The notes below the pieces were generated by a model that had not been told where the DNA came from, made no database searches, and saw nothing but the letters and a program-made list of their open reading frames with translations. Of a DNA stretch of 64,000 nucleotides, positions 39,862 to 50,169 are shown piece after piece; position 1 is the stretch's first letter; every line of letters begins with the position of its first letter. The position numbers were made by a program, and so were the translations under genes. This DNA comes from a virus (lineage: Duplodnaviria; Caudoviricetes): IMG/VR virus record IMGVR_UViG_3300026549_000039, positions 32,001-96,000 of that record; one strand, given 5' to 3'.

Positions 39862-42804
39862 CTAATCATCCTCCACAGTATAAGTATAGTTTGAGTAGTC
39901 TCCATGGTCTACAATATCAACCTTAGCGCCTTTGAGACTACCATAATTTGGACCAACTTCCAGGTCGCCCCTCATGTCGATGTAGTACTCCTTACCACCA
40001 AAAAGCTCGGCGCACCACTCATTCATCGAATCCATAGCCTCATAGTAGAAACGGATCAGATGCTCCTCATAGCCCTTTCTAACCTCAAATACTATAGAGT
40101 CATGAACTGTGTTCACCATACGTATTTTATCCCGCAAGCCCTTCTCCTTGACCTGGCCCATAATAAGCAGGATGAGGAAACAGTTGAAGTCAGATGCGAA
40201 CCCCTGTATAGGACTGTTACCAGCCTGGCGCTTCAGGTCTGCAAGATCTGCCTCCTTAGACAGTATAGCTGGTAGCCTGCGCTTCAGACCCCACAAACCG
40301 GTAACAAACCCCTGAGTCTCCACATCCGTACCACGTGCTTCCATCCAGGGCTTCACATTAGCATAGAAGCCAAACCACTTGTCCATAGCATCCTGCGCTT
40401 CAGCTATAGGAACACCGGCGTTGGCTGCTACAGTTGCAGCATTTGCACCATATACCAACGAAAAGTTTATTGTCTTACTAATCTGACGTTTCTGTTTTTC
40501 AACGCGACTTAGATCACCATTATAAAACATATTTGCCGCTGTATAGCTATGAAGGTCTAAGCCTTGATCGTAAGCGTGCTTCAGTTTGGGGTCTTTAGTA
40601 AACGACCCAAGACCACGCAACTCAGCCTGCGACAGGTCGAATTGCATAAACAGGTTTCTGCTATCGCGTGTTACGAACATCGACTTAATAGCCTTTGCTG
40701 TATCACCACGAGGGTAATTCTGCGCGTTGGGCCTAGTACTACTAAGCCTACCTGTTGCAGCTCCGTCCACATTCCACTGGCTGCGTACAGCCCAATCACT
40801 CCACGTCATCTTAACCATACCCTCTAGGTACGTACCATGTATCTTAACCAGCTTCTTGAACTCAGCGACCTTTTGCATCCCCTCTACTAAATGAACGTAC
40901 TTCTGGTCCTTACGACCAAACATATTCTCATTATTAGAAAGGATCTCACATATCTTCTCAAGGTTGTCCGCATTCAAAGACAGCTTACCTGTAGAAGTTT
41001 TTCCCTTACGACCCAGCTTCTTAAGCAGGCCCAGCTTCGCTGCATCGTCCAGGACAGCGGCTATCAAAGCTGCTAAATGATGCGCCGAGTTTGGATTGAA
41101 CACATGCTTCTCCGGGTTGTAGTCCTCAACCAGTGGGAAGGAGCACAGCGTTGTTGTAACAGCTGCCTTCATTTCCTTATCCATCTGCTCTATAGATGCC
41201 ACTATACGCTGGTACAAAGGCTGCCTGAACCAATCCCGTATCTCTGACATCTTTGATTCGTACTCCTTCATAAGACCGCCCATTACTTGCGGGTTGATCT
41301 TGAACCCGTTAATAGAAGCCTGCATAAGCTCCTTATTTAGACGGTGCTTGAAGTCAACGTAATCAATAACCCAGTAAGCTGAAACTTCATCCTCCTGACA
41401 CATCTCAGCAAACTTGTAATAGAGCTTAAGGTTCCAATACAAATCTCCTCTGTGGTACTTAAGCAGCGTATCAGCTGGTATCTTAGAGAAGTCAAGCTGC
41501 CCAGCAGCATTCGTAAACTGGTTTAGCTCCATAGACCAATCAGGAACTCCAAAGTACTTACCAACCAAGAACTTCAATTTGTTGTCTGTTGAGTTCTCAT
41601 CAATCAGCTTGTGCATTACTCTGGTGTCCCTGTGCTCTGGAAGGTCATCTACAGACTCAAACACTCTCTCCTTCCAGCACATCATAAGATCAAACCAAAG
41701 ATTATGACCGCAGACTTTAAACCCATCATCCCTAAGCCTTTTAAATATCTCACCCAAAGACCCAATAGCCTGATCCTTGAACTGGAACGTATAGCTTCCA
41801 ACAGCTCCAATACCAGCCACAATGATGAAGTTTGTCGGGTCTGCTGTGTTGATTGATTTCGTCTCAACGTCAAACGAAACAGTCTTATCCTCATAATCCT
41901 CATACAGCTGGTTGAGAGCGGCCATAAACAGGTCAAGTTCAGGAGGGGTAAGCATCTTATCATAGATAGCAGCATTCAAGTCTGTATCCAAATTGATGGT
42001 GTTCTCATCCCTACCGTCAATAATACTCTCACCAGGCTGGGCATTCTGGAGCTTTGTGTAATAGGCATACACCTTCTCGAAGTCCTGAATAATCTCAGGT
42101 AGCCTATCTGGATTATGAAGACCAGCAGCAGGATGCAGCGTAGGAAGCACATTAAATGTTCTGGCGGCATCCTCGTAACTAAACGTAAGCTCTGTAGGAA
42201 TACCATGTGCTGCTGATATACTCGTGATGGTTGCATTGTCGTCAGCCGCATCATGGATCATCTTATAGGGTACAGCACCCGTAACCACGATGAGACAGTT
42301 ATCAGCAACTAATGTCTTATCACATAGTATCCTAGGCCAGAACTTACCACCACAATTCCTATACCATCCAGCCGTAGGTGTCTTGTTGTCCGTAGGCCAG
42401 CACAGGACGGAATTGCCTAGCATGAGGTCAGGCATTGTATCCTTCCACATCTGTGTCAGCATACTGAACAGCAGCCTTCCAGCATCACCCACATAACCAA
42501 GACCACTTTCGTCTTCTCCTCGACCTGGAGCCTCACCTATCACAATTAAAGACACAGGTTTTACTTCATCAGCGTTTCGTGATACAGGCCTAACAATAGA
42601 TGGAAACACATACTGCTTCCTATGCCCATCCAGCTTGCACTTGTCACAATGGCTCCACAACGCCGGTTCTGTTCGTAGCTCATGCTTAAACAGATCCGAC
42701 AGACTGTACATAGCAATCTTACAACCATCAGCTTCAACTAAATAATCATTGTATTCTGGTTCAAACGGATCCCCAAGAGCTTCATTTGGAAACCAGTCAA
42801 GCAC
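39862..42804 (-). CDS. polA: Family A DNA polymerase with N-terminal family-4 uracil-DNA glycosylase domain and 3'-5' exonuclease (SPO1-type)
   Basis: UDG: CDKC, GEAPG..ED, NSVLCWP, LHPAA. Exo: FDVET, GHNLWFD. Pol: TGRLSS..PNAQN, DLSQAELR, KTINFSLVYG, VHDSI. Start placed at GTG 42804 after GAGGTGG. Confidence 0.92.
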   Translation of the reverse strand: MLDWFPNEALGDPFEPEYNDYLVEADGCKIAMYSLSDLFKHELRTEPALWSHCDKCKLDGHRKQYVFPSIVRPVSRNADEVKPVSLIVIGEAPGRGEDESGLGYVGDAGRLLFSMLTQMWKDTMPDLMLGNSVLCWPTDNKTPTAGWYRNCGGKFWPRILCDKTLVADNCLIVVTGAVPYKMIHDAADDNATITSISAAHGIPTELTFSYEDAARTFNVLPTLHPAAGLHNPDRLPEIIQDFEKVYAYYTKLQNAQPGESIIDGRDENTINLDTDLNAAIYDKMLTPPELDLFMAALNQLYEDYEDKTVSFDVETKSINTADPTNFIIVAGIGAVGSYTFQFKDQAIGSLGEIFKRLRDDGFKVCGHNLWFDLMMCWKERVFESVDDLPEHRDTRVMHKLIDENSTDNKLKFLVGKYFGVPDWSMELNQFTNAAGQLDFSKIPADTLLKYHRGDLYWNLKLYYKFAEMCQEDEVSAYWVIDYVDFKHRLNKELMQASINGFKINPQVMGGLMKEYESKMSEIRDWFRQPLYQRIVASIEQMDKEMKAAVTTTLCSFPLVEDYNPEKHVFNPNSAHHLAALIAAVLDDAAKLGLLKKLGRKGKTSTGKLSLNADNLEKICEILSNNENMFGRKDQKYVHLVEGMQKVAEFKKLVKIHGTYLEGMVKMTWSDWAVRSQWNVDGAATGRLSSTRPNAQNYPRGDTAKAIKSMFVTRDSRNLFMQFDLSQAELRGLGSFTKDPKLKHAYDQGLDLHSYTAANMFYNGDLSRVEKQKRQISKTINFSLVYGANAATVAANAGVPIAEAQDAMDKWFGFYANVKPWMEARGTDVETQGFVTGLWGLKRRLPAILSKEADLADLKRQAGNSPIQGFASDFNCFLILLIMGQVKEKGLRDKIRMVNTVHDSIVFEVRKGYEEHLIRFYYEAMDSMNEWCAELFGGKEYYIDMRGDLEVGPNYGSLKGAKVDIVDHGDYSNYTYTVEDD

Positions 42805-43159
42805 AAATACCCACCTCACTTGCAATACCTGGTATACGCAATGAACCACTAAGACGGTTCAATAATTCAATCGCATTCGCATGAGCTGCTGCTTCCTCAA
42901 GTACAGCCATATGTAGCCGTGGTACATTGTCTAGTTCACTAAGAGCTGCTATATGCTCCGTATGAGCAGCAGCAACTCTAACTAATGCCTCCAGTAGATC
43001 AGGCGCGCTCGAAATTAAAACAGCGTCACCATCAGGATTGTCACCTGAGTACTTGCTTACATCCATAGGAACACCTGATGGTACTCCACAAAACGACCCT
43101 GTTGGGATCAGAACCTTAGTTCCATCACAAACCCATGGACCCGGTGTATAAGTCCACAT
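42797..43159 (-). CDS. Phage hypothetical protein (TPGPW...APDLLEAL family)
   Basis: YTPGPW and DAVLISSAPDLLEAL, a common phage small-protein signature. Confidence 0.65.
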   Translation of the reverse strand: MWTYTPGPWVCDGTKVLIPTGSFCGVPSGVPMDVSKYSGDNPDGDAVLISSAPDLLEALVRVAAAHTEHIAALSELDNVPRLHMAVLEEAAAHANAIELLNRLSGSLRIPGIASEVGICA

Positions 43160-43188
43160 ATATACCAGCCCCTTACCAAAGCATACGC

Positions 43189-43653
43189 CTAAGCTGCATA
43201 CAGTACCTTCAGGCCTAGTTTCCTTATGGCATAAACATCCCAGATACTGCCGATAATACCAGACGGATAAACTCCATGAAGAGTGTCAATGCCAAAACTC
43301 CTATACCCACACTGATCTGTAGGCCACATGATGTAATCCCTGAACTGTGGGCGGTAGCAAAGGCTACGGTCCCTTACGCACAAAGTACGCTTCTTTGTAT
43401 CGACAGCGATTCTCCTTATGCTACCGTAAAAAGGCGGCTCCTTCCCGTCATCATCACGATAATGTGTAGAATCGAACACTTCCAGCCAACTCTGACTATC
43501 ACTAGTTATCCTGTAATCATTGCTGGCTAGACGCTCATATATAACCCTACAGTCTGTCTCGTACAGCTTATTCTGGCTAATATCAACGTAAGCATAGTAT
43601 TTAGTAAAACTAGCATAAACAAGATCACCGTCATAAATCTTCATTTCGCTCAT
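43189..43653 (-). CDS. YopX-like protein
   Basis: KIYDGDLV...IIGSIWD resembles YopX EIYEGDIV...VIGNIYE; SD AGGAGG. Confidence 0.45.
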   Translation of the reverse strand: MSEMKIYDGDLVYASFTKYYAYVDISQNKLYETDCRVIYERLASNDYRITSDSQSWLEVFDSTHYRDDDGKEPPFYGSIRRIAVDTKKRTLCVRDRSLCYRPQFRDYIMWPTDQCGYRSFGIDTLHGVYPSGIIGSIWDVYAIRKLGLKVLYAA

Positions 43654-43682
43654 TCAACTCAGCCTCCTAATGTTTAACACCC

Positions 43683-44504
43683 TTAAACGTTACCTAACTC
43701 CATCTGAACATGTAGCCATCTCCTAACCGCCGAAGGCCCATACTTCAGCAAAGACAGCTTATTGTCATAAACAGATTGAGGCTCTACCGAACACATCTTA
43801 AAAATCCAAGACGGATCACTACGCCCCTTCTTACCAGCAAACCCAATAGCATCAGCAACACTATGAGGAAAAAATATTGTTAAGTACAAGAATGCTAAAA
43901 CATTGGGCTGCTTCACATACAATGCCATATTCCTTATCCACCTAGCAAAGTTGCGAGGATTCTCAGGTGCCTGTATAGTGTTTTCAGATGATGCTTCGTA
44001 GTAAAAGTCAGAGATAGCCTCACCTAAAATACAAAATACATCTATGGAATCTTCACCAAGCCAATGACCATCCACAGGAGGGTTGTAACTCAAAGCATTC
44101 CCGTATATAGCCAGCACTACAGGATACAGACTGCTCATCATATGCTTGTGTTTACTGTACTGGGGTTTGAAAACAGGTGGCATAGGCCACATCCCAGCCT
44201 TTGAATGGTTAGTGGCGTACTTCTTCAACAGATGCAACACACGAATGGAATCCCAGTATTCTGGTCTCCTCTCATGGCCCAAGAACTCATAATACAGGGG
44301 AGCCATAAGATAGTATGTACCAGTAGCCCCAGCATTCCTCATAGCATCAGCAAGCATAAAGGAACAGGACAACAGCTCATCAACATTGCCATCTGTTATG
44401 TCTCTACCAAACAGAGGATGGTTTAGGTTACGATGGACATTAGCACACCCCTCAAGTATGTTTAGCCCTAAAGATATATTAGGGTCTACATCAGAGTTCA
44501 TCAT
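43683..44504 (-). CDS. Hypothetical protein, 273 aa
   Basis: ORF coupled to the upstream gene; SD GGAGG. Confidence 0.6.
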   Translation of the reverse strand: MMNSDVDPNISLGLNILEGCANVHRNLNHPLFGRDITDGNVDELLSCSFMLADAMRNAGATGTYYLMAPLYYEFLGHERRPEYWDSIRVLHLLKKYATNHSKAGMWPMPPVFKPQYSKHKHMMSSLYPVVLAIYGNALSYNPPVDGHWLGEDSIDVFCILGEAISDFYYEASSENTIQAPENPRNFARWIRNMALYVKQPNVLAFLYLTIFFPHSVADAIGFAGKKGRSDPSWIFKMCSVEPQSVYDNKLSLLKYGPSAVRRWLHVQMELGNV

Positions 44505-45037
44505 CTGTTAGCCTCCCTGCGTGACTTCTCCTTGTTAGGATCAGTGCTTCCACCCTGCTTCCCACCCGATCTAAGATATGTGATAAGCTGGTTGGCGTCC
44601 CCATAATACATCTTCTGCTTCTTTACATCCTTCCATTTGTTCTTGGCTGCACAGAAGTCAACCCATGGAGAATGCTTATGCTTCAAACGGATTATCCACA
44701 TCAACGAATCTGGATGAAACTTAACACCCTCAGACGTAGGTGTTATACCATTCTTGGCTAATATAGCAGCATTCCTGTCTGCTAAATCAGATGGTGTAGA
44801 GCTAGGTTTATTCTCACTATTCTCACTATCCTCATTACTAAGCCTATCTGGATCCCACCTGCAATGAGACTGACCATCATAGATACCTGCAATCTCATCG
44901 GCATAAGCGCAGGAACCATCACCAGAGCTACTGGGCTTATATCCAATGCACTCACAAGCATCTATTGCACTAAAAGCACCACAAAATGGAACAAGAACCC
45001 GGAACCTAACATGACCAGCCATCAGCTCACCTCTCAA
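44501..45037 (-). CDS. Hypothetical protein with an N-terminal Cys cluster
   Basis: Directly downstream of the helicase; likely start MAGHVRF after GAGGTGA. Confidence 0.55.
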   Translation of the reverse strand: MRGELMAGHVRFRVLVPFCGAFSAIDACECIGYKPSSSGDGSCAYADEIAGIYDGQSHCRWDPDRLSNEDSENSENKPSSTPSDLADRNAAILAKNGITPTSEGVKFHPDSLMWIIRLKHKHSPWVDFCAAKNKWKDVKKQKMYYGDANQLITYLRSGGKQGGSTDPNKEKSRREANR

Positions 45038-47712
45038 TACATAGCATCCTGGCTATTCATCTCACCCTGCTGTAGAGCTTTAGGTGGTGTCTTTGCTACT
45101 GGTGTTGGCTTCTTTGCCTGGTTCACATAAAGCGCATGTGGACGATCAGGCCGCTTGTACATAGGAACCATAACTTTCTCAGCCTTCACCTTGCGCTGTA
45201 GCTTGTTCATCTGCTCAAGCTCAAGTTCTGTAGCTCTCAGAAGATCATTAACTATATCGACACAATCACCATCCCCTTCATTCGGCAGTACACCCAAAGA
45301 CTTGATAGTAGACTTGGAGTAATCCATAGTGCAAGCAAAGTCATAAAACTCCTCACCATAGCGGTTCTTAATAGTGCTGATGACACCAGCTGCAAGCCTG
45401 GGGTGGTCCCTACTACGCAAGAACGATAAACCTAGCACAAGCGAAGCATCCTGCAACACTTCCTTTGAACCATACAAATCATTTCCGCGCATAGGTTTGA
45501 AGTTTGTTGGGTTTGATGTTGTAACCGTGTGTGCCTTCTCACCACCAGCCTGAGCTGCAACCCATATGGTTATACCTAGGCTCTTAGCTACAGCTGACAA
45601 CTCCTTAAGGATCACGCCTGTATATCCCCAGCCTATCTCCTCCCTACCAGTACCTGCATTTGTCTTCATAAGGGCTGCATAGTCAATAATCATGACTGGA
45701 ATATTAACCTTCTCCCTAAAATGCAAGTTCCTAAGATACAGAGCAAGTTGTGCTGGTGACACTTCTCCAGCAGGAAGATCTAAGAAATACACATTATGCC
45801 TGTTCTTAATCTCAGTACGGGCTGCTTCCTTCGCATACTTAACAGCATCACGCTCGTTATCGTCAACAGCTCTAGGGTCAAGGAACACATAGCTAGAAGG
45901 CACAGCTCCACCAGTACAGTTCGACATAACGCGGAACGCTAATGACTCCGCTGGGGTCTCAAGAGTTACATACAGCACATTGTGCTTTTTGCACAATTCT
46001 GCGGCCATTGTGCATAATGTGGATGTGTTGTGGGTGACTATGAAATCGTTCGTCAGGTACAACCCATCAGGATTAGCCACCTGTATGCACATACACTCCT
46101 CTTTCTTATCCAACTTCTCGATAGAGTCGATCCATCGTGTAAGATACCGAGCCTGGCACTGAGGCTTATTACGGTCCAACCGATTTGGTACAGAGCGAAA
46201 CGGAACAATAGTATTAGGCAATGCGAAGTTAATCCTGTAAAAATCTCGGCACGGTACTCTCTGGCCGTCTTTCTTATACCACGTATGCTTAACCCGTATC
46301 GGATGCACCTTTCCTGCAAGGCTACGAATCAAGATTGCTACTGCCTCACACAGGTTTCTGCTCGTTGAACCATAACAATAACCTAGACTATAACCAGAGC
46401 ATTCCCCATCAGAATCCATCAAACCCCGCAGGAGCTCAATTCGATCCTCAACAGAAGCCTTAAGATACATTGTTGGTATGTACTTCTCATAAGAGTGCAA
46501 ACCTAGCATCCCAAGTTCCCTAAGCTGTGCCCTAATACCCTTAACAGAAACATATGCCACTGTTTTCCTCCTATTGTCATAGTACGTTGAGAAAGAGCAG
46601 ATATGCTTCAGATAATCTAATACTGTTGTGTGGGCAGCATTTAAGCACAACCTTCCTTCTGTATCCCCATCGCCCAGCCACAATCCCATAATGTAAGGAT
46701 GAATAGGCAGCGTATGGTTGGAGCAGTAATGAACAGGCTGATAAGATGGAATCTCCCACTGCCGTAGAGGTGAGCATTTACCATGTGGTAAACGTACACC
46801 CAGCTTCATTATTTCAGCTGTAGTAAGAACTTGCCAGGTTTTAGTAACCGAATGGTGTCTCCTGTCCATCGTGCGAGCATTCTGCCCGCGAACTGTCCAT
46901 AGATGATCGGCACCACACAAGGTGGAACTACCGTCATCAAATGTAACTCGATAGATATCCTTCAATCCGTTATCAAAAACTTTAAGAACCTGTGTTGGTT
47001 TTCCATCTACACCAAATACCCAATCACCAGGCCTGAGAGAGCCCCACAACCTGTCCCCATCAGGAGTCGGTACAACAAGGCTTTTAGGCTGCTCTTTCCC
47101 GCTGCCATAAGACCCAACGATTACATTAACTGAACCCACAGGCGTACCAGCCATAAAACCTAAACCTGGTATCGGTATTGGAATCCTAGGCTTCTGCATC
47201 TGGAGCTTACCATCCATCCAGGTTTCAAATACAGAAGCCATGTCGCCTTCCTCTGTATTTGATGCAGCCCTCTCAATGATAGAGAGCTTGGTGTAAACGC
47301 TGTCTATAGCCTTTCGCGCCTTATCATTGTCAACCTTACCGTCTTCATATATCTCAGCCAGCTTACTGCTAACCTGCTTGAACACATTAGCTTTCATAGT
47401 ATCAGCAAACGTATCAAGGATAAATGAAGCCCTTGTCTCCTCTGATCCCGCTACCGCTATACCAAGCTCTAGGTTTTCTGATCCTTTTTCACCGAATACA
47501 GAAACAAAGTCACACTCATCAGGCAGTGCATTGTACTTGGTGTAGTACAAATACAAGGCTCGCCATATACTCTTAGCAGGCTCGGTGGATATCATGTGGT
47601 TTGTCTCAACAAAAGTAGCATAGCGAGCCATTTGAGGTGGATCCACAAACATGTTGCCTATAAACACCAGTTCCTGTGTCTTCAGCTCGACAGTCTGATC
47701 ATTAACAGGCAT
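45034..47712 (-). CDS. dnaB: DnaB-like (SF4) replicative helicase containing an intein
   Basis: Walker A GSYGSGK/T split by the intein; VLYVTLE, IIDYAALM, WVAAQ, QDASLVLG, KNRYG. Start set at ATG 47712 (MPVNDQ). Confidence 0.88.
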   Translation of the reverse strand: MPVNDQTVELKTQELVFIGNMFVDPPQMARYATFVETNHMISTEPAKSIWRALYLYYTKYNALPDECDFVSVFGEKGSENLELGIAVAGSEETRASFILDTFADTMKANVFKQVSSKLAEIYEDGKVDNDKARKAIDSVYTKLSIIERAASNTEEGDMASVFETWMDGKLQMQKPRIPIPIPGLGFMAGTPVGSVNVIVGSYGSGKEQPKSLVVPTPDGDRLWGSLRPGDWVFGVDGKPTQVLKVFDNGLKDIYRVTFDDGSSTLCGADHLWTVRGQNARTMDRRHHSVTKTWQVLTTAEIMKLGVRLPHGKCSPLRQWEIPSYQPVHYCSNHTLPIHPYIMGLWLGDGDTEGRLCLNAAHTTVLDYLKHICSFSTYYDNRRKTVAYVSVKGIRAQLRELGMLGLHSYEKYIPTMYLKASVEDRIELLRGLMDSDGECSGYSLGYCYGSTSRNLCEAVAILIRSLAGKVHPIRVKHTWYKKDGQRVPCRDFYRINFALPNTIVPFRSVPNRLDRNKPQCQARYLTRWIDSIEKLDKKEECMCIQVANPDGLYLTNDFIVTHNTSTLCTMAAELCKKHNVLYVTLETPAESLAFRVMSNCTGGAVPSSYVFLDPRAVDDNERDAVKYAKEAARTEIKNRHNVYFLDLPAGEVSPAQLALYLRNLHFREKVNIPVMIIDYAALMKTNAGTGREEIGWGYTGVILKELSAVAKSLGITIWVAAQAGGEKAHTVTTSNPTNFKPMRGNDLYGSKEVLQDASLVLGLSFLRSRDHPRLAAGVISTIKNRYGEEFYDFACTMDYSKSTIKSLGVLPNEGDGDCVDIVNDLLRATELELEQMNKLQRKVKAEKVMVPMYKRPDRPHALYVNQAKKPTPVAKTPPKALQQGEMNSQDAMY
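46027..47094 (-). mobile_element. Class-3-type intein (356 aa) with a LAGLIDADG homing endonuclease
   Basis: Begins EQPKSLVVPTPDG right after the P-loop Lys. Block B ADHLW; GLWLGDG and RGLMDSDG; block F CMCIQV; ends IVTHN/T. Confidence 0.92.
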
Positions 47713-47716
47713 TCTG

Positions 47717-47947
47717 TCACCTACCACCAACAGTAGACGGTATTGCAAACTTCGCAAGCCTAAAGCAGGAATCAGAAGTCTGATACAAAGGCACAGGTCT
47801 ATTACCATACCTGAGATCATATCCTAGCTTCCTACCGCTTATACGGCACGTGAACACCCTATCTCTTTGATCTCTACCTACAGCCATGGAAGCTACATTT
47901 GCACAGGACTCACAACTACCATTCCTAGGACAGCTTCGCAATGACAA
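47717..47947 (-). CDS. Small Cys-rich hypothetical protein
   Basis: CPRNGSCESC...C...C; fills the gap upstream of the helicase. Confidence 0.5.
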   Translation of the reverse strand: MSLRSCPRNGSCESCANVASMAVGRDQRDRVFTCRISGRKLGYDLRYGNRPVPLYQTSDSCFRLAKFAIPSTVGGR

Positions 47948-47962
47948 GCACCCCCTGTCAAA

Positions 47963-48178
47963 TCACTTATCCGTATCACTCAAACCAAGGTAATCCCTAA
48001 CCCTTTCTAAAAGAACACTAACACAATGCTCTGAATCTTCCTTGAGCTTATCATAACTGCATCCGGGAAGATGTAGGTTAGTGGAAAACGTCTCGTCTAC
48101 ACCAGGCTCTTTAAACACATCAACCTTAAAGTCGATTACAAAACTTGCCATGTTCTCCCTACAATCCTCATAGCACAA
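47963..48178 (-). CDS. Small hypothetical protein (likely start MASFVIDF)
   Basis: SD AGGGAG before the internal ATG; same strand as the operon. Confidence 0.5.
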   Translation of the reverse strand: MCYEDCRENMASFVIDFKVDVFKEPGVDETFSTNLHLPGCSYDKLKEDSEHCVSVLLERVRDYLGLSDTDK

Positions 48179-48305
48179 AAAGGCTTACCTAATGCCAGCT
48201 AAAAATACCCCCGTAGTGGCCCGTAGGAGGCCAGTACGGACACGAAAAATGGTTGGACATATAATCACACCAACCCACACTCCTGGCACCCCTCTGAGGC
48301 CATTT

Positions 48306-48941
48306 TTATAGGGTAGGGTTCCTGTCTGCTGAATAAACATCCAGTACAGACAGGTACACCAGGCCCAATATTCGTGTTTTGGCATCCGACCACGGATGCG
48401 TAACGACCTCCATAAGCCTATGCTTGTCGCTGTATTCAAACAACTGGACATTTTTACGGTCTACAGTTGGCTCAAACCACATACGGTGAACCAGATCCAT
48501 AATCTCCTCTGTAGATGGCACAATAGGACAGCTGCGGAGTACATTCTGACCGCCGGTCATAAAAAGTATGGCGTGGATTGTTGACATAGCCAAAGCCTTA
48601 TCGATCCTACGTGGAACCCAAGCATACTCTACGTCAAGATTTGCAAACCTTGCCCACTCCTTAGCCTGTGGAGCCAGGCCACACATCAAGTACATACTAG
48701 CAGCCATCCATGCCTGACTAGTACGAATGTCATCAATGGTATCCCTAGACGGTATGCGCAGAGTAGCGTCGCGCATGGCTAGGTACATAGTATCTAAATT
48801 TGCCCTAGCTATATCAGCATCTGGTAGGTCAAATCGAATCCTGTTGCTGCACTCACAATAGCGGTAAAGTGGAGAGCGCTCATCAAGGTTCAGGAACGTT
48901 AAACCATTACCATCTGTGCTGTCGTCACGCATCCGCCCCAC
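48306..48941 (-). CDS. Hypothetical protein
   Basis: 211-aa ORF overlapping the upstream gene. Confidence 0.6.
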   Translation of the reverse strand: MGRMRDDSTDGNGLTFLNLDERSPLYRYCECSNRIRFDLPDADIARANLDTMYLAMRDATLRIPSRDTIDDIRTSQAWMAASMYLMCGLAPQAKEWARFANLDVEYAWVPRRIDKALAMSTIHAILFMTGGQNVLRSCPIVPSTEEIMDLVHRMWFEPTVDRKNVQLFEYSDKHRLMEVVTHPWSDAKTRILGLVYLSVLDVYSADRNPTL

Positions 48942-49413
48942 CGCTTACAACACGAATGACAGCCGACTCAGAAGACGCACCCTCGCCAGTAGACTCAGGC
49001 TTCGCATCACCAACATTCATCACAGACTGTGCAACCTTTGTAGCCTGCATGTCAGCCAGGGACACAAACCCAACAGGAAACAGCAAGACCTGGGCCATAA
49101 GCGATGCGCTTGGAATGTCCATAATGACTTCAGAATGCACAACGCACACACTCATGCCGCTGTAGTCAGACATCTCAGGCATAAGGTCTTCCTTCACCTT
49201 CTGGAGAAGGGACGCGCCGTCCTCCACAGATGGAGCAATGATGGCATTCACAGGGGTGTTAAGCATGGACTTCACAGGCTCAAGTGCCAGTCCTCCATTC
49301 TCGCCATGCACAACCCAGCTGCCTTCAAAACCAGGATCGTTGGGCTTGCACGTACTCTTAGTAGCCATAACTGCACATACACGTGTTGCTGCAAACTGAT
49401 TACCTGCGTTCAT
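48925..49413 (-). CDS. Hypothetical protein
   Basis: SD AGGAGGG before ATG 49413. Confidence 0.65.
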   Translation of the reverse strand: MNAGNQFAATRVCAVMATKSTCKPNDPGFEGSWVVHGENGGLALEPVKSMLNTPVNAIIAPSVEDGASLLQKVKEDLMPEMSDYSGMSVCVVHSEVIMDIPSASLMAQVLLFPVGFVSLADMQATKVAQSVMNVGDAKPESTGEGASSESAVIRVVSGGADA

Positions 49414-49467
49414 AGAAAATCCCTCCTAAAATTTGTGGGAATTACCCACTACTCCCCAATAGTACCA

Positions 49468-50169
49468 CTAACTGTCACTGGTGTCAACAGCTTGGTAATC
49501 TGGATCACATTCCTTCCAAGCCTCCTCACACTGACACAGGAAGCAGTCAGAGACGCCGACCTGGCTTGGATTGCGTTCCTGGTAATAACACTGGAACCTG
49601 TTACCTTCCTCCGGGGCTTCCCAGTGTGTGCAAGTAGTTCTACCTGATACTGGCTGGTTACAAAGATACGCACCACCAGACTTTTTGCACGCATTACCCT
49701 TCAGCTTTTCCATACGAGCCTGCAATGTTTCTATATCAGCCTGTATATCTGAGCTTGCCTGCTGCTTAACGAGTGCCTCAAGGTCATAATACATACCAGG
49801 AGAAGCGTAGGCTAAAAAATCCTGGTTGTTACCCTGTGGATCTGTGAAGATCACAGTGTAGTAGTTTTTCATAACGGTATCGAAAACCTTCTTCAGGCTC
49901 TTCATCGCATCCGTATCCAGATTGGTGAAGGCGGTTTCGTACAATTCATCCAGGCAACGCGGCCCTGTGTAGGCCACACCATTAGCCTCAGCCTTGCGCA
50001 CCTTCGGTCCGAGCACGTCACCGGCGGCCATTTCTGTAGCGTCCCTGATAGAGAGAAGCAGGTTTCCTTCCACGGAACCAGGAGACAGGTCGGGTATGTC
50101 GCCGCCTGGTTTCCAAGCCCTCCAGGAATACTGTGTCACGTGCTGCGTCCGAACCGTTTGATCCAGCAA
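49468..50169 (-). CDS. Hypothetical protein with coiled coil and Cys-rich C-terminus
   Basis: SD AAGGAG before TTG; eight Cys in the C-terminal ~75 aa. Confidence 0.65.
   Translation of the reverse strand: MLDQTVRTQHVTQYSWRAWKPGGDIPDLSPGSVEGNLLLSIRDATEMAAGDVLGPKVRKAEANGVAYTGPRCLDELYETAFTNLDTDAMKSLKKVFDTVMKNYYTVIFTDPQGNNQDFLAYASPGMYYDLEALVKQQASSDIQADIETLQARMEKLKGNACKKSGGAYLCNQPVSGRTTCTHWEAPEEGNRFQCYYQERNPSQVGVSDCFLCQCEEAWKECDPDYQAVDTSDS

Noticed and set aside
47713-47820. ORF-track N-terminal extensions of the helicase (also polA to 42849, nrdD from 59719, SLT to 59599)
   Set aside because: The extensions overlap upstream genes or promoters, or lack an SD, whereas the downstream starts have better SD-like sites.
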